Assembly: GCA_030680575.1 (NCBI GenBank)
Contig: JAUXVI010000029.1
Coordinates: 63,867 to 127,866 of the forward strand
Direction of reading: 5' to 3'
Length of the DNA: 64,000 nucleotides
Source of the DNA: Hylemonella sp.
GTDB taxonomy: Bacteria > Pseudomonadota > Gammaproteobacteria > Burkholderiales > Burkholderiaceae_C
Made by a program: the position numbers and the translations under genes. This document shows positions 9,609 through 19,076 of the stretch, piece by piece. The notes under the pieces were generated by a model. It was not told where the DNA came from. It saw only the letters and a program-made list of their open reading frames with translations, and searched no databases. Numbering within the stretch: position 1 is the stretch's first letter; the number at the start of each line of letters is the position of its first letter.

Positions 9609-9971
9609 ATGACGCCGCCGTTCCCTGCTGGTGAACGGCTCGACGTGGTCTGCCTGTGCGCGCTCTGGTGCGGCGTTTGCCGCACCTACCAGCCGCTGTT
9701 TGAATCGCTGCAAGTCCAGTTCGAGGGTGCGGCGCGTTTTGCCTGGCTCGACATCGAGGAAGAGAGCGAACTGCTCGGCGAAATCGAAGTCGAAAATTTC
9801 CCTACGCTGCTCCTGCTGCAAGGCAGTACCCCGCTGTTTTTCGGGCCACTCACACCCCAGGCTGGCATGCTGACCCAACTGGTGCAAACCGGGCTGGCAG
9901 GCCGGCTCGATCCGCTCGCCCACGCGGCTGTGCGTGCCTTGGCCTCGCTTGTGCAAAGCCATCTGGGCTGA
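9609..9971 (+). CDS. Thioredoxin-fold protein with a WCGVC motif
   Basis: 120 aa. It carries a CxxC active-site-like motif, LWCGVCRTY, and a downstream FPTLLLL cis-Pro-loop-like segment. Codon usage matches the neighbouring genes. Confidence 0.6.
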   Translation: MTPPFPAGERLDVVCLCALWCGVCRTYQPLFESLQVQFEGAARFAWLDIEEESELLGEIEVENFPTLLLLQGSTPLFFGPLTPQAGMLTQLVQTGLAGRLDPLAHAAVRALASLVQSHLG

Positions 9972-10072
9972 TTGCTTCATCTGTTTTTTCGTATTAGCTA
10001 ACTACTACATATTCGTTTGAGTTTTGTTGCTCTGCTTTGACAATGACTTTCATTGTTCATCAGGAGCTTGAC

Positions 10073-10714
10073 ATGACGACACTCAGACTCGGCGACACCG
10101 CCCCCGATTTCACGCAAGATTCCACCGCCGGCCCCATTCAATTTCACCAATGGGCAGGTAACTCCTGGGTGGTGCTGTTTTCCCATCCGGCCGATTTCAC
10201 GCCGGTGTGCACCACGGAACTGGGCAAGACCGCAGCGCTGGCCAGCGAGTTTGCCAAGCGCGGCGTCAAGCCGATCGCGGTAAGCGTCGATCCGCTCGAC
10301 TCCCATGCCAAGTGGGTGAACGACATCAACGAGACGCAGGCCACCACGGTCAACTTCCCCATCCTGGCCGATGCCGACAAGAAAGTGGCCGGGCTGTACG
10401 ACATGATCCACCCGAACGCCTCGACCACCGCCACGGTGCGCAGCGTGTTCATCATCGACCCGAAGAAGGTGATTCGCACCACCTTCACCTACCCGGCAAG
10501 CACCGGCCGCAACTTCGACGAGATCCTGCGCGTCATCGATTCGCTGCAGCTGACCGACAGCCACAAGGTCGCTACCCCCGCCAACTGGAAAGACGGCGAT
10601 GACGTGGTCATCGTGCCTAGCCTGCAGGACCCGGCCGAGCTGGCGCAGCGTTTCCCCAAAGGCTTCAAGGCGGTGCGCCCCTACCTGCGCCTGACGCCGC
10701 AGCCCAACAAATAA
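10073..10714 (+). CDS. lsfA: 1-Cys peroxiredoxin (Prx6/LsfA-like)
   Basis: The sequence LGDTAPDF...WVVLFSHPADFTPVCTTELG is the canonical 1-Cys Prx peroxidatic-Cys motif. The protein is 213 aa. Confidence 0.85.
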   Translation: MTTLRLGDTAPDFTQDSTAGPIQFHQWAGNSWVVLFSHPADFTPVCTTELGKTAALASEFAKRGVKPIAVSVDPLDSHAKWVNDINETQATTVNFPILADADKKVAGLYDMIHPNASTTATVRSVFIIDPKKVIRTTFTYPASTGRNFDEILRVIDSLQLTDSHKVATPANWKDGDDVVIVPSLQDPAELAQRFPKGFKAVRPYLRLTPQPNK

Positions 10715-10735
10715 GCGCAAGCGGCGGTACCTCCA

Positions 10736-11341
10736 ATGGCAAGCGATCTGCGCATCCTCATCGTCCCCGGCTGGCGCGACTCCGGCCCGGGCCACTGGCA
10801 AAGCCTGTGGGCCGAGCGTTATGCGCGCACCGTGCGGGTCCAGCAGGACAACTGGCTGACACCGGCGCGGGCCGCTTGGGTCGAGACCCTCAGCCGCACC
10901 ATCCTGGCCCAGCCGGGCCCGGTGGTGGTGGCGCACAGCCTGGGCTGCATTGCCGTCACGCATCTGCCGCCCGAAGTTGCATCACGCATCCAGGGTGCCC
11001 TGCTGGTGGCACCGGCCGATCCCGAGCGGCGCGCGGTACTGGCGGATTTCGCACCGGCGCCGTGCCAGAAGCTGCCGTACCGCAGCATTCTGGTGGCCAG
11101 CAGCAACGACCCGTTCTGCCCGATCCGGCTGTCGGGTGCCTACGCGCGCAACTGGGGCAGCGAATTCGTGCGCGTGCCGGATGCCGGCCACATCAACGTC
11201 GACTCCGGCCACGGCGAATGGCCGCTGGGCGTGGCACTGCTGCAGTCGCTGGTGGGCGAGGGTGGGCTGGCCACCGCAGCCAGTGCCGCAAGCAACGCCA
11301 CATCCCTGTCGGGGCCAAGCGTGTCTCTGCACCCCGCCTGA
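10736..11341 (+). CDS. Alpha/beta serine hydrolase of the YdeN/RBBP9 type
   Basis: It has ILIVPGWRDSGPGHWQ, a nucleophile elbow AHSLGC, and downstream SSNDPFCP and DAGHIN segments that fit a Ser-Asp-His triad. Confidence 0.65.
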   Translation: MASDLRILIVPGWRDSGPGHWQSLWAERYARTVRVQQDNWLTPARAAWVETLSRTILAQPGPVVVAHSLGCIAVTHLPPEVASRIQGALLVAPADPERRAVLADFAPAPCQKLPYRSILVASSNDPFCPIRLSGAYARNWGSEFVRVPDAGHINVDSGHGEWPLGVALLQSLVGEGGLATAASAASNATSLSGPSVSLHPA

Positions 11342-11452
11342 GTTCCGCGCTTAGTCACGTTGGTTATTTACTAAGTACAAAACAGTAGTTTGGGTTTGGC
11401 GGCTCGCTCCGGACAATACCTTCCTACGTTGAAACAAACGACTTCACGCACC

Positions 11453-12451
11453 ATGAAATTCAAGCAAATAACCACTCTTTCCCTTGCTGTTATTGCGCTG
11501 ACAGCTAGCAATTTTGTAGCATCTCAGACGTTGCTGAACGCGTCCTACGACGTGGCGCGCGAGTTCTACAAGGACTACAACGCCGCCTTCACGGCCCAAT
11601 ACAAGAAGACCAGCGGCAAGGACGTCAAGATCGACCAGGCGCACGGCGGCTCCAGCGCCCAGGCGCGTGCCGTGGCCGACGGCCTGGACGCCGACGTGGT
11701 GACCATGAACACCACCACCGACATCGAGTTCCTGGCCGGCCGTGGCCTGGTGGCGGCCGACTGGGCCAAGCGCTTCCCCAACAATGCCTCGCCCACCACC
11801 TCCACCATGCTGTTCCTGGTACGCCAGGGCAACCCGAAAAACATCAAGGATTGGGACGATCTGGTCAAACCCGGCGTGCAGGTGATCGTGGTCAACCCCA
11901 AGACCGGCGGCAACGGCCGCATGGCCTACCTGGCGGCCTGGGGTTCGGTGCGCAAGAAGGGCGGCACCGACGCGCAGGCGGCCGAGTTCGTGGGCAAGCT
12001 GTTCAAGAACGTGCCGGTGCTGGCCAAAGGCGGGCGCGACGCCACCACCATCTTCCTGCAGCGCAACATCGGTGACGTGCTGATCACCTTCGAATCTGAA
12101 GTGGTGTCGGTGGACCGCGAGTTCGGCGCCGGCAAGGTGGATGCGATTCACCCGTCCAGCAGCCTCGTGACCGAGAACCCGGTGGCGGTGATTGAGCGCA
12201 CGGTGGTCAAGAAGGGCACGGGCGACCTGGCCCGGGCCTACCTGAACTACCTCTATTCGGACGAAGCACAGGAAATTGCCGCCAAGCACGCGCTGCGTCC
12301 GCGCAACCCGGCCATCCTGAAGAAATACGCCGGCACCTTCAAGCCGATCCAGTTCTTCACGGTGCAGGACTACTTTGGCAGCCTCGGTGAAGCGCAGAAA
12401 GTGCACTTCAACGACGGCGGCCAGTTCGACAAGCTCTACACGGTGAAATGA
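11453..12451 (+). CDS. sbp: Sulfate/thiosulfate ABC transporter periplasmic binding protein (Sbp/CysP)
   Basis: It has a signal peptide followed by [17 protein letters not shown]...[19 protein letters not shown], typical of Sbp/CysP. It lies immediately upstream of cysTWA. Confidence 0.85.
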   Translation: MKFKQITTLSLAVIALTASNFVASQTLLNASYDVAREFYKDYNAAFTAQYKKTSGKDVKIDQAHGGSSAQARAVADGLDADVVTMNTTTDIEFLAGRGLVAADWAKRFPNNASPTTSTMLFLVRQGNPKNIKDWDDLVKPGVQVIVVNPKTGGNGRMAYLAAWGSVRKKGGTDAQAAEFVGKLFKNVPVLAKGGRDATTIFLQRNIGDVLITFESEVVSVDREFGAGKVDAIHPSSSLVTENPVAVIERTVVKKGTGDLARAYLNYLYSDEAQEIAAKHALRPRNPAILKKYAGTFKPIQFFTVQDYFGSLGEAQKVHFNDGGQFDKLYTVK

Positions 12452-12475
12452 CCCACCCCCGAAACGCCTTCGGCG

Positions 12476-12530
12476 TCTCCCCCTCAAGGGGGCGCCTCCA
12501 GCGGCCCGGCAAAGCCGGTTCCGCGGTGGC
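12476..12530 (+). repeat. Structured intergenic repeat, copy B
   Basis: The sequence tctccccctcaagggggcgcctccagcggcccggcaaagccggttccgcggtggc aligns with copy A at 5105-5159. It lies between sbp and cysT. Confidence 0.8.
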
Positions 12531-12545
12531 TCACGAAAAGAAACC

Positions 12546-13427
12546 ATGAGTACTGCAATTTCTTCGCTGCCGCTGTCGGCGGACGCGGTGCCCCAGAAGC
12601 GTGCCCCGCGGCGTGTGCTGCCCGGCTTCAACCTGACGCTGGGCTACACCGTGCTGTACCTGAGCCTGATTGTGCTCATCCCCTTGTCGGCGTTGTTCTT
12701 CAAGACCTTCACGCTGTCCTTCGAGCAGTTCTGGGCCGCGGTCAGCTCGCCGCGCGTGCTGGCGTCCTACCGCTTGACCTTCGGCGCCTCCTTCCTGGCA
12801 GCGCTGGTCAATGTGGTGGCCGGTCTGCTGGTGGCCTGGGTGCTGGTGCGCTACTCCTTTCCGGGCAAGAGACTGGTCGATGCGCTGGTGGACCTGCCGT
12901 TTGCCTTGCCGACCGCCGTGGCCGGCATTTCATTGACGGCCTTGCTCGCCGGCAACGGCTGGGTTGGCCAGTACCTGGAGCCGCACGGCATCCAGCTGGC
13001 ATTCAAGCCGGCCGGCGTGGTGATTGCACTCATCTTCATCGGCCTGCCGTTCGTGGTGCGCACGGTGCAGCCGGTGCTGGAAGACGCCGAGAAGGAGCTG
13101 GAAGAGGCCGCCACCTGCCTCGGTGCCACACGCTGGCAGACCTTCACCCGGGTGATCTTTCCGTCCATCGCGCCGGCTTTGCTGACCGGCTTTGCCATGG
13201 CCTTTGCCCGTGCCATCGGCGAATACGGCTCGGTGATCTTCATCGCCGGCAACATGCCCATGGTGTCGGAGATCACGCCGCTCATCATCATCGGCAAGCT
13301 GGAGCAGTACGACTACGCCGGCGCCACCGCCGTGGCCCTGGTGATGCTGGTCTTTTCCTTCGTCCTTCTCTTACTGATCAACGCCCTGCAAGCCTGGCAG
13401 CGTAAACGTTCGGGAGCACCGGCATGA
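12546..13427 (+). CDS. cysT: Sulfate ABC transporter permease CysT
   Basis: It is a six-TM BPD-type permease. Its order sbp-cysT-cysW-cysA supports the call, and its stop overlaps the cysW start. Confidence 0.85.
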   Translation: MSTAISSLPLSADAVPQKRAPRRVLPGFNLTLGYTVLYLSLIVLIPLSALFFKTFTLSFEQFWAAVSSPRVLASYRLTFGASFLAALVNVVAGLLVAWVLVRYSFPGKRLVDALVDLPFALPTAVAGISLTALLAGNGWVGQYLEPHGIQLAFKPAGVVIALIFIGLPFVVRTVQPVLEDAEKELEEAATCLGATRWQTFTRVIFPSIAPALLTGFAMAFARAIGEYGSVIFIAGNMPMVSEITPLIIIGKLEQYDYAGATAVALVMLVFSFVLLLLINALQAWQRKRSGAPA

Positions 13428-14332
13428 GTCAACAAAACAAACGGACTGCCAGAGCCGGTACCACCGAGCCGGGCTGGGTGCGCTGGACGCTCATCGGTCT
13501 CGCCTTGGGTTTCATGCTGCTGTTCCTGGTGCTGCCGCTGGCGGCCGTGTTCACCGAGGCACTGCGCAAGGGTTGGGACGCCTACTGGGAAGCACTGAAG
13601 GAGCCCGACGCCTGGGCCGCCATCCGCCTGACGGTGATCACCGCCGCCATTGCTGTGCCGCTGAACCTGGTGTTCGGTGTCGCGGCAGCCTGGGCCATTG
13701 CCAAGTACGAGTTCCGCGGCAAGGCTTTTCTGACCACGCTGGTCGATCTGCCGTTCTCGGTCTCGCCCGTGGTGTCGGGGCTGATCTACGTGCTGATTTT
13801 CGGCGCCCAGGGTTGGTTCGGCCCCTGGCTGGCTGAGCACGACATCAAGATCATCTTTGCGGTGCCCGGCATCGTGCTGGCCACGGTGTTCGTGACCTTT
13901 CCCTTCATCGCCCGCGAGCTGATCCCGCTGATGCAGGCACAGGGCAATGAGGAGGAGCAGGCCGCCATCGTGCTGGGCGCCACCGGCTGGCAGACCTTCT
14001 GGTACGTGACGCTGCCCAACATCAAGTGGGGCCTGATCTACGGCGTCATCCTGTGCAATGCGCGTGCCATGGGCGAGTTCGGCGCGGTGTCGGTGGTCTC
14101 GGGCCACATCCGCGGCCAGACCAACACCATGCCGCTGCATGTGGAAGTGCTCTACAACGAGTACCAGTCGGTGGCCGCCTTTGCCGTGGCCTCGCTGCTG
14201 GCGCTGTTGGCGCTGGTCACCCTGGTCATCAAGTCCATCGTCGAGTGGCGGCACGAGCGCGAGCTCAAGGCCGCTGCCGAACTGCCGCCGGAGCGGCCAT
14301 CCCTTCTTGCGTCCGCCGTGCCGGCCCGCTGA
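13424..14332 (+). CDS. cysW: Sulfate ABC transporter permease CysW
   Basis: It is a paralog of CysT, and its ATGA start overlaps the cysT stop. It has typical CysW length. Confidence 0.85.
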   Translation: MSQQNKRTARAGTTEPGWVRWTLIGLALGFMLLFLVLPLAAVFTEALRKGWDAYWEALKEPDAWAAIRLTVITAAIAVPLNLVFGVAAAWAIAKYEFRGKAFLTTLVDLPFSVSPVVSGLIYVLIFGAQGWFGPWLAEHDIKIIFAVPGIVLATVFVTFPFIARELIPLMQAQGNEEEQAAIVLGATGWQTFWYVTLPNIKWGLIYGVILCNARAMGEFGAVSVVSGHIRGQTNTMPLHVEVLYNEYQSVAAFAVASLLALLALVTLVIKSIVEWRHERELKAAAELPPERPSLLASAVPAR

Positions 14333-14341
14333 AAGACAACC

Positions 14342-15463
14342 ATGAGCATCGAAATCCGCAATGTCAGCAAGCAGTTCGGCGACTTTCACGCCCTGCGCGA
14401 TGTCAGCCTGGACATCCAGTCCGGTGAACTGGTGGCACTGCTCGGCCCCTCGGGCTGCGGCAAGACCACGCTGCTGCGCATCATCGCCGGGCTGGAAACG
14501 CCCGACCAAGGCAGCATTCTGTTCAGCGGTGAAGACACTACCGACGTGCATGTGCGCGAGCGCCAGGTTGGCTTCGTGTTCCAGCACTACGCGCTGTTTC
14601 GCCACATGACGGTGTTCGAAAACGTGGCCTTCGGCTTGCGCGTCAAGCCCAAGAGCCAGCGCCCGAGCGAAGCGCAGATCAAAGCCAAGGTGCATGAACT
14701 GCTGAGCCTGGTGCAGCTGGACTGGCTGGCCGATCGTTACCCCTCGCAACTGTCGGGCGGGCAGCGCCAACGCATTGCCCTGGCGCGCGCGCTGGCGGTG
14801 GAGCCCAAGGTGCTGCTGCTGGACGAACCCTTCGGCGCGCTCGACGCCAAGGTGCGCAAGGAATTGCGCCGCTGGCTGCGCCGTCTGCATGATGAATTGA
14901 ACGTGACCAGCATCTTTGTCACGCACGACCAGGAGGAGGCACTGGAAGTGGCCGACCGCGTGGTGCTGATGAACGGCGGCCAGGTCGAGCAGATCGGCTC
15001 GCCGCAGCAGGTGTGGGACCAGCCCGCCAGCCCCTTCGTCTACGGCTTCCTGGGCGACGTCAACCTGTTCCACGGCCGGGTGGAGCAGGGCGAGGTGGTG
15101 ATCGGCTCCGGCCAGCAGGGTGTGCGGCTGGATTCGCCCGAACACCGCGACGCCGAGGATGCCAAGGCTTTTGCCTATGTGCGGCCGCACGACTTCGAGG
15201 TGCAGCGCTACACGCCGGGTACGTTGGCAAATGAGGCCGGACGGCCACGCGGCATCGTGGCCCGCCTCAGCCGCGCCATTGTGGTGGGGCCGATCGCCCG
15301 CTTGGAGCTGATTCCCGAAGACGCCCCCCAAGCCGGGGACCAGGCGGTGATCGAGGCGCAGATTCCGGCGTCACAGTACCGAGAACTCGGGTTGACGGAG
15401 GGTGAAGTGCTGGTGTTGACACCGCGCAAGGCGCGCGTTTTTGTTGAAGCGCCCGTGGTGTGA
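14342..15463 (+). CDS. cysA: Sulfate/thiosulfate import ATP-binding protein CysA
   Basis: Motifs present: Walker [10 protein letters not shown], signature [15 protein letters not shown] and Walker [12 protein letters not shown]. It has a C-terminal TOBE-like regulatory domain. Confidence 0.9.
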   Translation: MSIEIRNVSKQFGDFHALRDVSLDIQSGELVALLGPSGCGKTTLLRIIAGLETPDQGSILFSGEDTTDVHVRERQVGFVFQHYALFRHMTVFENVAFGLRVKPKSQRPSEAQIKAKVHELLSLVQLDWLADRYPSQLSGGQRQRIALARALAVEPKVLLLDEPFGALDAKVRKELRRWLRRLHDELNVTSIFVTHDQEEALEVADRVVLMNGGQVEQIGSPQQVWDQPASPFVYGFLGDVNLFHGRVEQGEVVIGSGQQGVRLDSPEHRDAEDAKAFAYVRPHDFEVQRYTPGTLANEAGRPRGIVARLSRAIVVGPIARLELIPEDAPQAGDQAVIEAQIPASQYRELGLTEGEVLVLTPRKARVFVEAPVV

Positions 15464-15517
15464 ACGGGCCCTGGTTCAACCGGTTTTATCGGCAACGAAC
15501 TGAGGGCCAGGCCCCGT

Positions 15518-15994
15518 TCAATAGCGCTGGGCCGTGCCGTTCTCGATCTTCACCCGATCGCCCACCCGGAGGTCGCCACTGGTGCTTTGCATCAAGGTCT
15601 GATACGCGCCGTCGTTCATGCGCACCGTGATCTTGTAGGCATTGCTTGTTTGTTGTTGGTTTCGTTTTTCATATTCGTGACCGGCATAAGCGCCGCCGGC
15701 GGCACCCAGCACGGTGGCAGCGGTCTTGCCATCACCCTGGCCCACCTGGCTGCCCAGGACGCCACCCACCACGCCGCCAATGATGGTGCCGGCGCCAATG
15801 CCGCTGCCGCCGATACCGGTATTGGCTTGTTGGACCAGCTCGATCGACTGCACCACGCCATACCCTGAATAGACGTTGGATTGAGGATAGGACGTTCCTG
15901 AGCCTGAGCTGTTGACAGGGGCGTTTGTGCAGGCACCAAGCGTGAAGAGTGCTGCCAAACCGACGACGGATACGGAAATACGGGTGAGTTTCAT
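15518..15994 (-). CDS. Glycine-zipper outer-membrane lipoprotein (SlyB / 17-kDa antigen-like)
   Basis: I chose the start at MKLTRISV...; the lipobox LGAC is present. The glycine-zipper segment GIGGSGIGAGTIIGGVVGGVLGSQVG is characteristic. The longer track ORF extending to 16231 has no support. Confidence 0.7.
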   Translation of the reverse strand: MKLTRISVSVVGLAALFTLGACTNAPVNSSGSGTSYPQSNVYSGYGVVQSIELVQQANTGIGGSGIGAGTIIGGVVGGVLGSQVGQGDGKTAATVLGAAGGAYAGHEYEKRNQQQTSNAYKITVRMNDGAYQTLMQSTSGDLRVGDRVKIENGTAQRY

Positions 15995-16272
15995 CACAAG
16001 CTCCTGAAAATGGTGATGTGGCACTTTGCTCCCTCTCGAGCAGCTCTTCTGTGCGCTTGCGTACATTCTGTCAGCTCTTTCCAACTGTTCGAGGTTCGTT
16101 GTCGATGCCATTGCTCGGGTACGTCTTGGTTGGGAACCAAATCGCAGGCACGCATTCGAACCCAAGCACAATACTGCAATGACGCGATCTGCGCAACGAT
16201 GCGCAAGTCCAGTTCCCCCAAAGGGCGCCACACGGTTCGTGAGACCCGGCCAGGCCCCTGTGTCTTTAGAGA

Positions 16273-16788
16273 ATGAAAATGATTTTGCTTACCTGGTTTG
16301 ATACCCATCCCCGCCGCGTGTTCGCGGCCATCAGTGCTGTTTGTGTCGCTTTGCTGGCCTTCGGCATGTACCTGCAGCACGTGGTGGGTTTGGAGCCGTG
16401 TCCGATGTGTATCGTGCAACGATACGCTCTCGTTTTGATAGCGCTTGTCGCAGCATTGGCGGGGTCTACGGGCAAAAAAAGCTTGCAAATGACAGGAGCG
16501 CTGCTGTTGGTCGTACTGGCCGGTTGTGGCGCCTTCGTCGCTGCGCGCCAGAGCTGGCTCCAGTGGTACCCGCCCGAGGTAGTGAGCTGCGGCCGCGACC
16601 TCTACGGCATGATCGAAACCTTCCCGCTGCAGCGCGCCATTCCCATGATCTTCAAGGGCAGCGGCGACTGCTCGGCCGTGGACTGGACCTTCCTGGGCGG
16701 CTCCATTGCCAACTGGTCTTTCCTGTGTTTTGTGGTCATCGGCTTGCTGTCGCTGGTGCTCTTCACACGACCGCTTCGCCGGTCTTAA
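16273..16788 (+). CDS. dsbB: Disulfide bond formation protein B
   Basis: It has four TM segments, with a first periplasmic loop CPMC and a second loop containing C...C (VVSCGRD...GSGDCSAVDW). The protein is 171 aa. Confidence 0.8.
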   Translation: MKMILLTWFDTHPRRVFAAISAVCVALLAFGMYLQHVVGLEPCPMCIVQRYALVLIALVAALAGSTGKKSLQMTGALLLVVLAGCGAFVAARQSWLQWYPPEVVSCGRDLYGMIETFPLQRAIPMIFKGSGDCSAVDWTFLGGSIANWSFLCFVVIGLLSLVLFTRPLRRS

Positions 16789-17090
16789 GGCTCAAGCCAG
16801 AGCCCTCATGCTGTCTGCGTGGGGGCAAAGGCAGCGAATCTTTCGAGATCACAACTTTGCCGTGGGGCGATCGGGGCCACCCGTTTCCTGCCCACGCCTC
16901 GAAACCCATGATTTGATGCCAAAAATGGGTGTATTTAGAAGATAAGCGCACTTATTGCTTATATTTTTGGCAAAACTGCTTTGCAGCCTTGTCCCCAGCG
17001 CGACATCTTTTTACAATTCCCTCCGTATGTCTGACTAGTCATAAGCTAGTCACATAGTCTCGTACCTGTTCAAGTGTTAGTCAGATAGTT

Positions 17091-17129
17091 GAATGCGCGC
17101 AGTGTCTTCCGAAGGGGCTGCGCGCATTC
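17091..17129. other. Perfect 12-bp stem hairpin (gaatgcgcgcag / ctgcgcgcattc) in the chemoreceptor upstream region
   Basis: The inverted repeat is read directly from the sequence. No T-run follows it, so it is not a canonical intrinsic terminator. Confidence 0.5.
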
Positions 17130-17217
17130 CTGTATCCAGGGAAGGAAGAAACAGGCCGATATCAGTAAAAACTTATATTGCTGCCGGGTGATCCTCGGCT
17201 AAACATCGGAGAAACTC

Positions 17218-18969
17218 ATGTTTCGTCTTTCTTCCTATACCGTCGCCAAGCGACTGGGGTTGCTGATCGCCAGTGCCATTCTTGGTTTGGCCTTGCTGCT
17301 CGTCTTTTTCATGGTGACCGAACGCAGCATATTGCTCAAAGAGCGGCAAGCCAGTGTCCGGCAAACCGTAGAAATTGCACATGGCCTGATTGTTCATTTT
17401 CACGACCAGGCCACCAAGGGCAAAATGACCGAAGAGGAGGCCAAGCAACGCGCCTTGGACGCCCTCAAGCCCCTGCGCTACAGCGGCGCCGAATATTTCT
17501 GGGTCAATGACATGCATCCCAAGATGGTGATGCACCCGATCCGCCCTGAGCTCGACGGTAAAGACCTCTCCGAAAACAAGGACCCGACGGGCTTGTACCT
17601 GTTCAAGGAGTTCGTCAAAACCGTCAAAACCAGCGGTGCCGGTGATGTTGCCTATATGTGGCCCAAGCCGGGCAGCGACAAGCCGGTGCAAAAGGTTTCC
17701 TACGTCAAGGGCTTTGCACCCTGGGGCTGGATTGTCGGTTCAGGTGTCTACATTGATACGGTCGACTCAGCCATCATGGCGCGCGCCATCCAGTCAGGCC
17801 TCGGGGCACTGGTGCTGGCGGCCCTCTTGCTGGCGATTGGTCTGTTGATCACGCGTAGCATCGTCAAGCAGTTGGGAGGTGAGCCCAGCGATGCCAATGC
17901 CATCACGCACCGCATGGCCCAAGGCGATATGAGCGTCGATATCGCGCTCAAGCCGGGGGATGACAACAGCATCATGCACGGCATCAAGGCCGTGCGCGAC
18001 AACGTGGCCAAGATCGTGGCCCATGTCCGTGAAGGCAGCGAATCCGTAGCCACCGCCTCCAGCGAAATCGCCCAAGGCAACACCGACCTGTCGGCCCGCA
18101 CCGAAAGCCAGGCCAGCGCGCTGGAAGAGACCGCCGCCTCGATGGAAGAGCTCAGCTCCACCGTCAAACAGAACGCCGACAACGCCCGCCAGGCCAACCA
18201 GCTGGCCCAGAGCGCCAGCACCGTGGCCGTCCAGGGCGGTGAAGTGGTGGCCCAGGTCGTCGACACCATGAAGGGCATCAACGACAGTTCACGCAAGATC
18301 AACGACATCATCAGCGTGATCGACGGCATCGCCTTCCAGACCAACATCCTGGCGCTGAACGCGGCGGTGGAAGCCGCCCGTGCCGGCGAACAGGGTCGTG
18401 GTTTTGCCGTGGTGGCCAGTGAAGTGCGTTCCCTGGCCGGCCGCAGTGCCGAAGCCGCCAAGGAAATCAAGACCCTGATCACCGACAGCGTGCAACGCGT
18501 CGAGCAGGGTACCGCTCTGGTCGACCAGGCCGGCACCACCATGAGCGAGGTGGTGAGCAGCATCCGTCGCGTCACCGACATCATGGGCGAGATCAGCGCC
18601 GCCAGCTCCGAGCAGAGCGCCGGTGTGGCCCAGGTGGGTGAAGCCGTGACGCAGATGGACCAGGCCACGCAGCAGAACGCCGCGCTGGTGGAAGAAATGG
18701 CCGCGGCCGCCTCCAGCCTGCGCGCCCAAGCGCAGGACCTGGTGCAGACCGTGGCGGTGTTCAAGCTCAGCGCGCAAGACAGCCAGACGGCCTACCGCAG
18801 TGCCCCGGTTGCGCCGGCTTCGTACAGCGCCGCACCGAAACAGGTGGCTGCAGCCAGCAAATCCCCAGCAACGGCAAAGGCACCTGCCGCCAAGCTCAGT
18901 GCACCGGCACCGAAAGCGGCGCCCAAGGCGGGTGCTTCGGATGATGCGGGCGACTGGGAAACCTTCTAA
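17218..18969 (+). CDS. Methyl-accepting chemotaxis protein with an N-terminal single-Cache-type sensor, HAMP domain and C-terminal DWETF pentapeptide
   Basis: The signalling hairpin [35 protein letters not shown] is highly conserved. The periplasmic segment [15 protein letters not shown]...[11 protein letters not shown] is typical of sCache_2-like sensors. The protein ends ...GDWETF. Confidence 0.9.
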   Translation: MFRLSSYTVAKRLGLLIASAILGLALLLVFFMVTERSILLKERQASVRQTVEIAHGLIVHFHDQATKGKMTEEEAKQRALDALKPLRYSGAEYFWVNDMHPKMVMHPIRPELDGKDLSENKDPTGLYLFKEFVKTVKTSGAGDVAYMWPKPGSDKPVQKVSYVKGFAPWGWIVGSGVYIDTVDSAIMARAIQSGLGALVLAALLLAIGLLITRSIVKQLGGEPSDANAITHRMAQGDMSVDIALKPGDDNSIMHGIKAVRDNVAKIVAHVREGSESVATASSEIAQGNTDLSARTESQASALEETAASMEELSSTVKQNADNARQANQLAQSASTVAVQGGEVVAQVVDTMKGINDSSRKINDIISVIDGIAFQTNILALNAAVEAARAGEQGRGFAVVASEVRSLAGRSAEAAKEIKTLITDSVQRVEQGTALVDQAGTTMSEVVSSIRRVTDIMGEISAASSEQSAGVAQVGEAVTQMDQATQQNAALVEEMAAAASSLRAQAQDLVQTVAVFKLSAQDSQTAYRSAPVAPASYSAAPKQVAAASKSPATAKAPAAKLSAPAPKAAPKAGASDDAGDWETF

Positions 18970-18994
18970 GCGCACGTACGACGGCATTTGATCA

Positions 18995-19018
18995 ACGGCA
19001 CCTTCGGGTGCCGTTTTT
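18995..19018 (+). terminator. Rho-independent terminator after the chemoreceptor gene
   Basis: The stem is acggcacc, the loop ttcg, the return stem ggtgccgt, and TTTTT follows. Confidence 0.7.
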
Positions 19019-19076
19019 CATGGGAGCTCGGGCGCAGCGGTATGCTCACGCTCGACACTCAAAACTGGAGCAGCAA

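Noticed and set aside
13313-15331. A 672-aa ORF on the minus strand, antisense to cysW and cysA.
   Set aside because: The sequence is Arg/Gly/Ala/His-rich low-complexity with no motifs. It lies fully opposite two ABC genes with clear Walker and permease signatures. This is a typical high-GC antisense shadow ORF.
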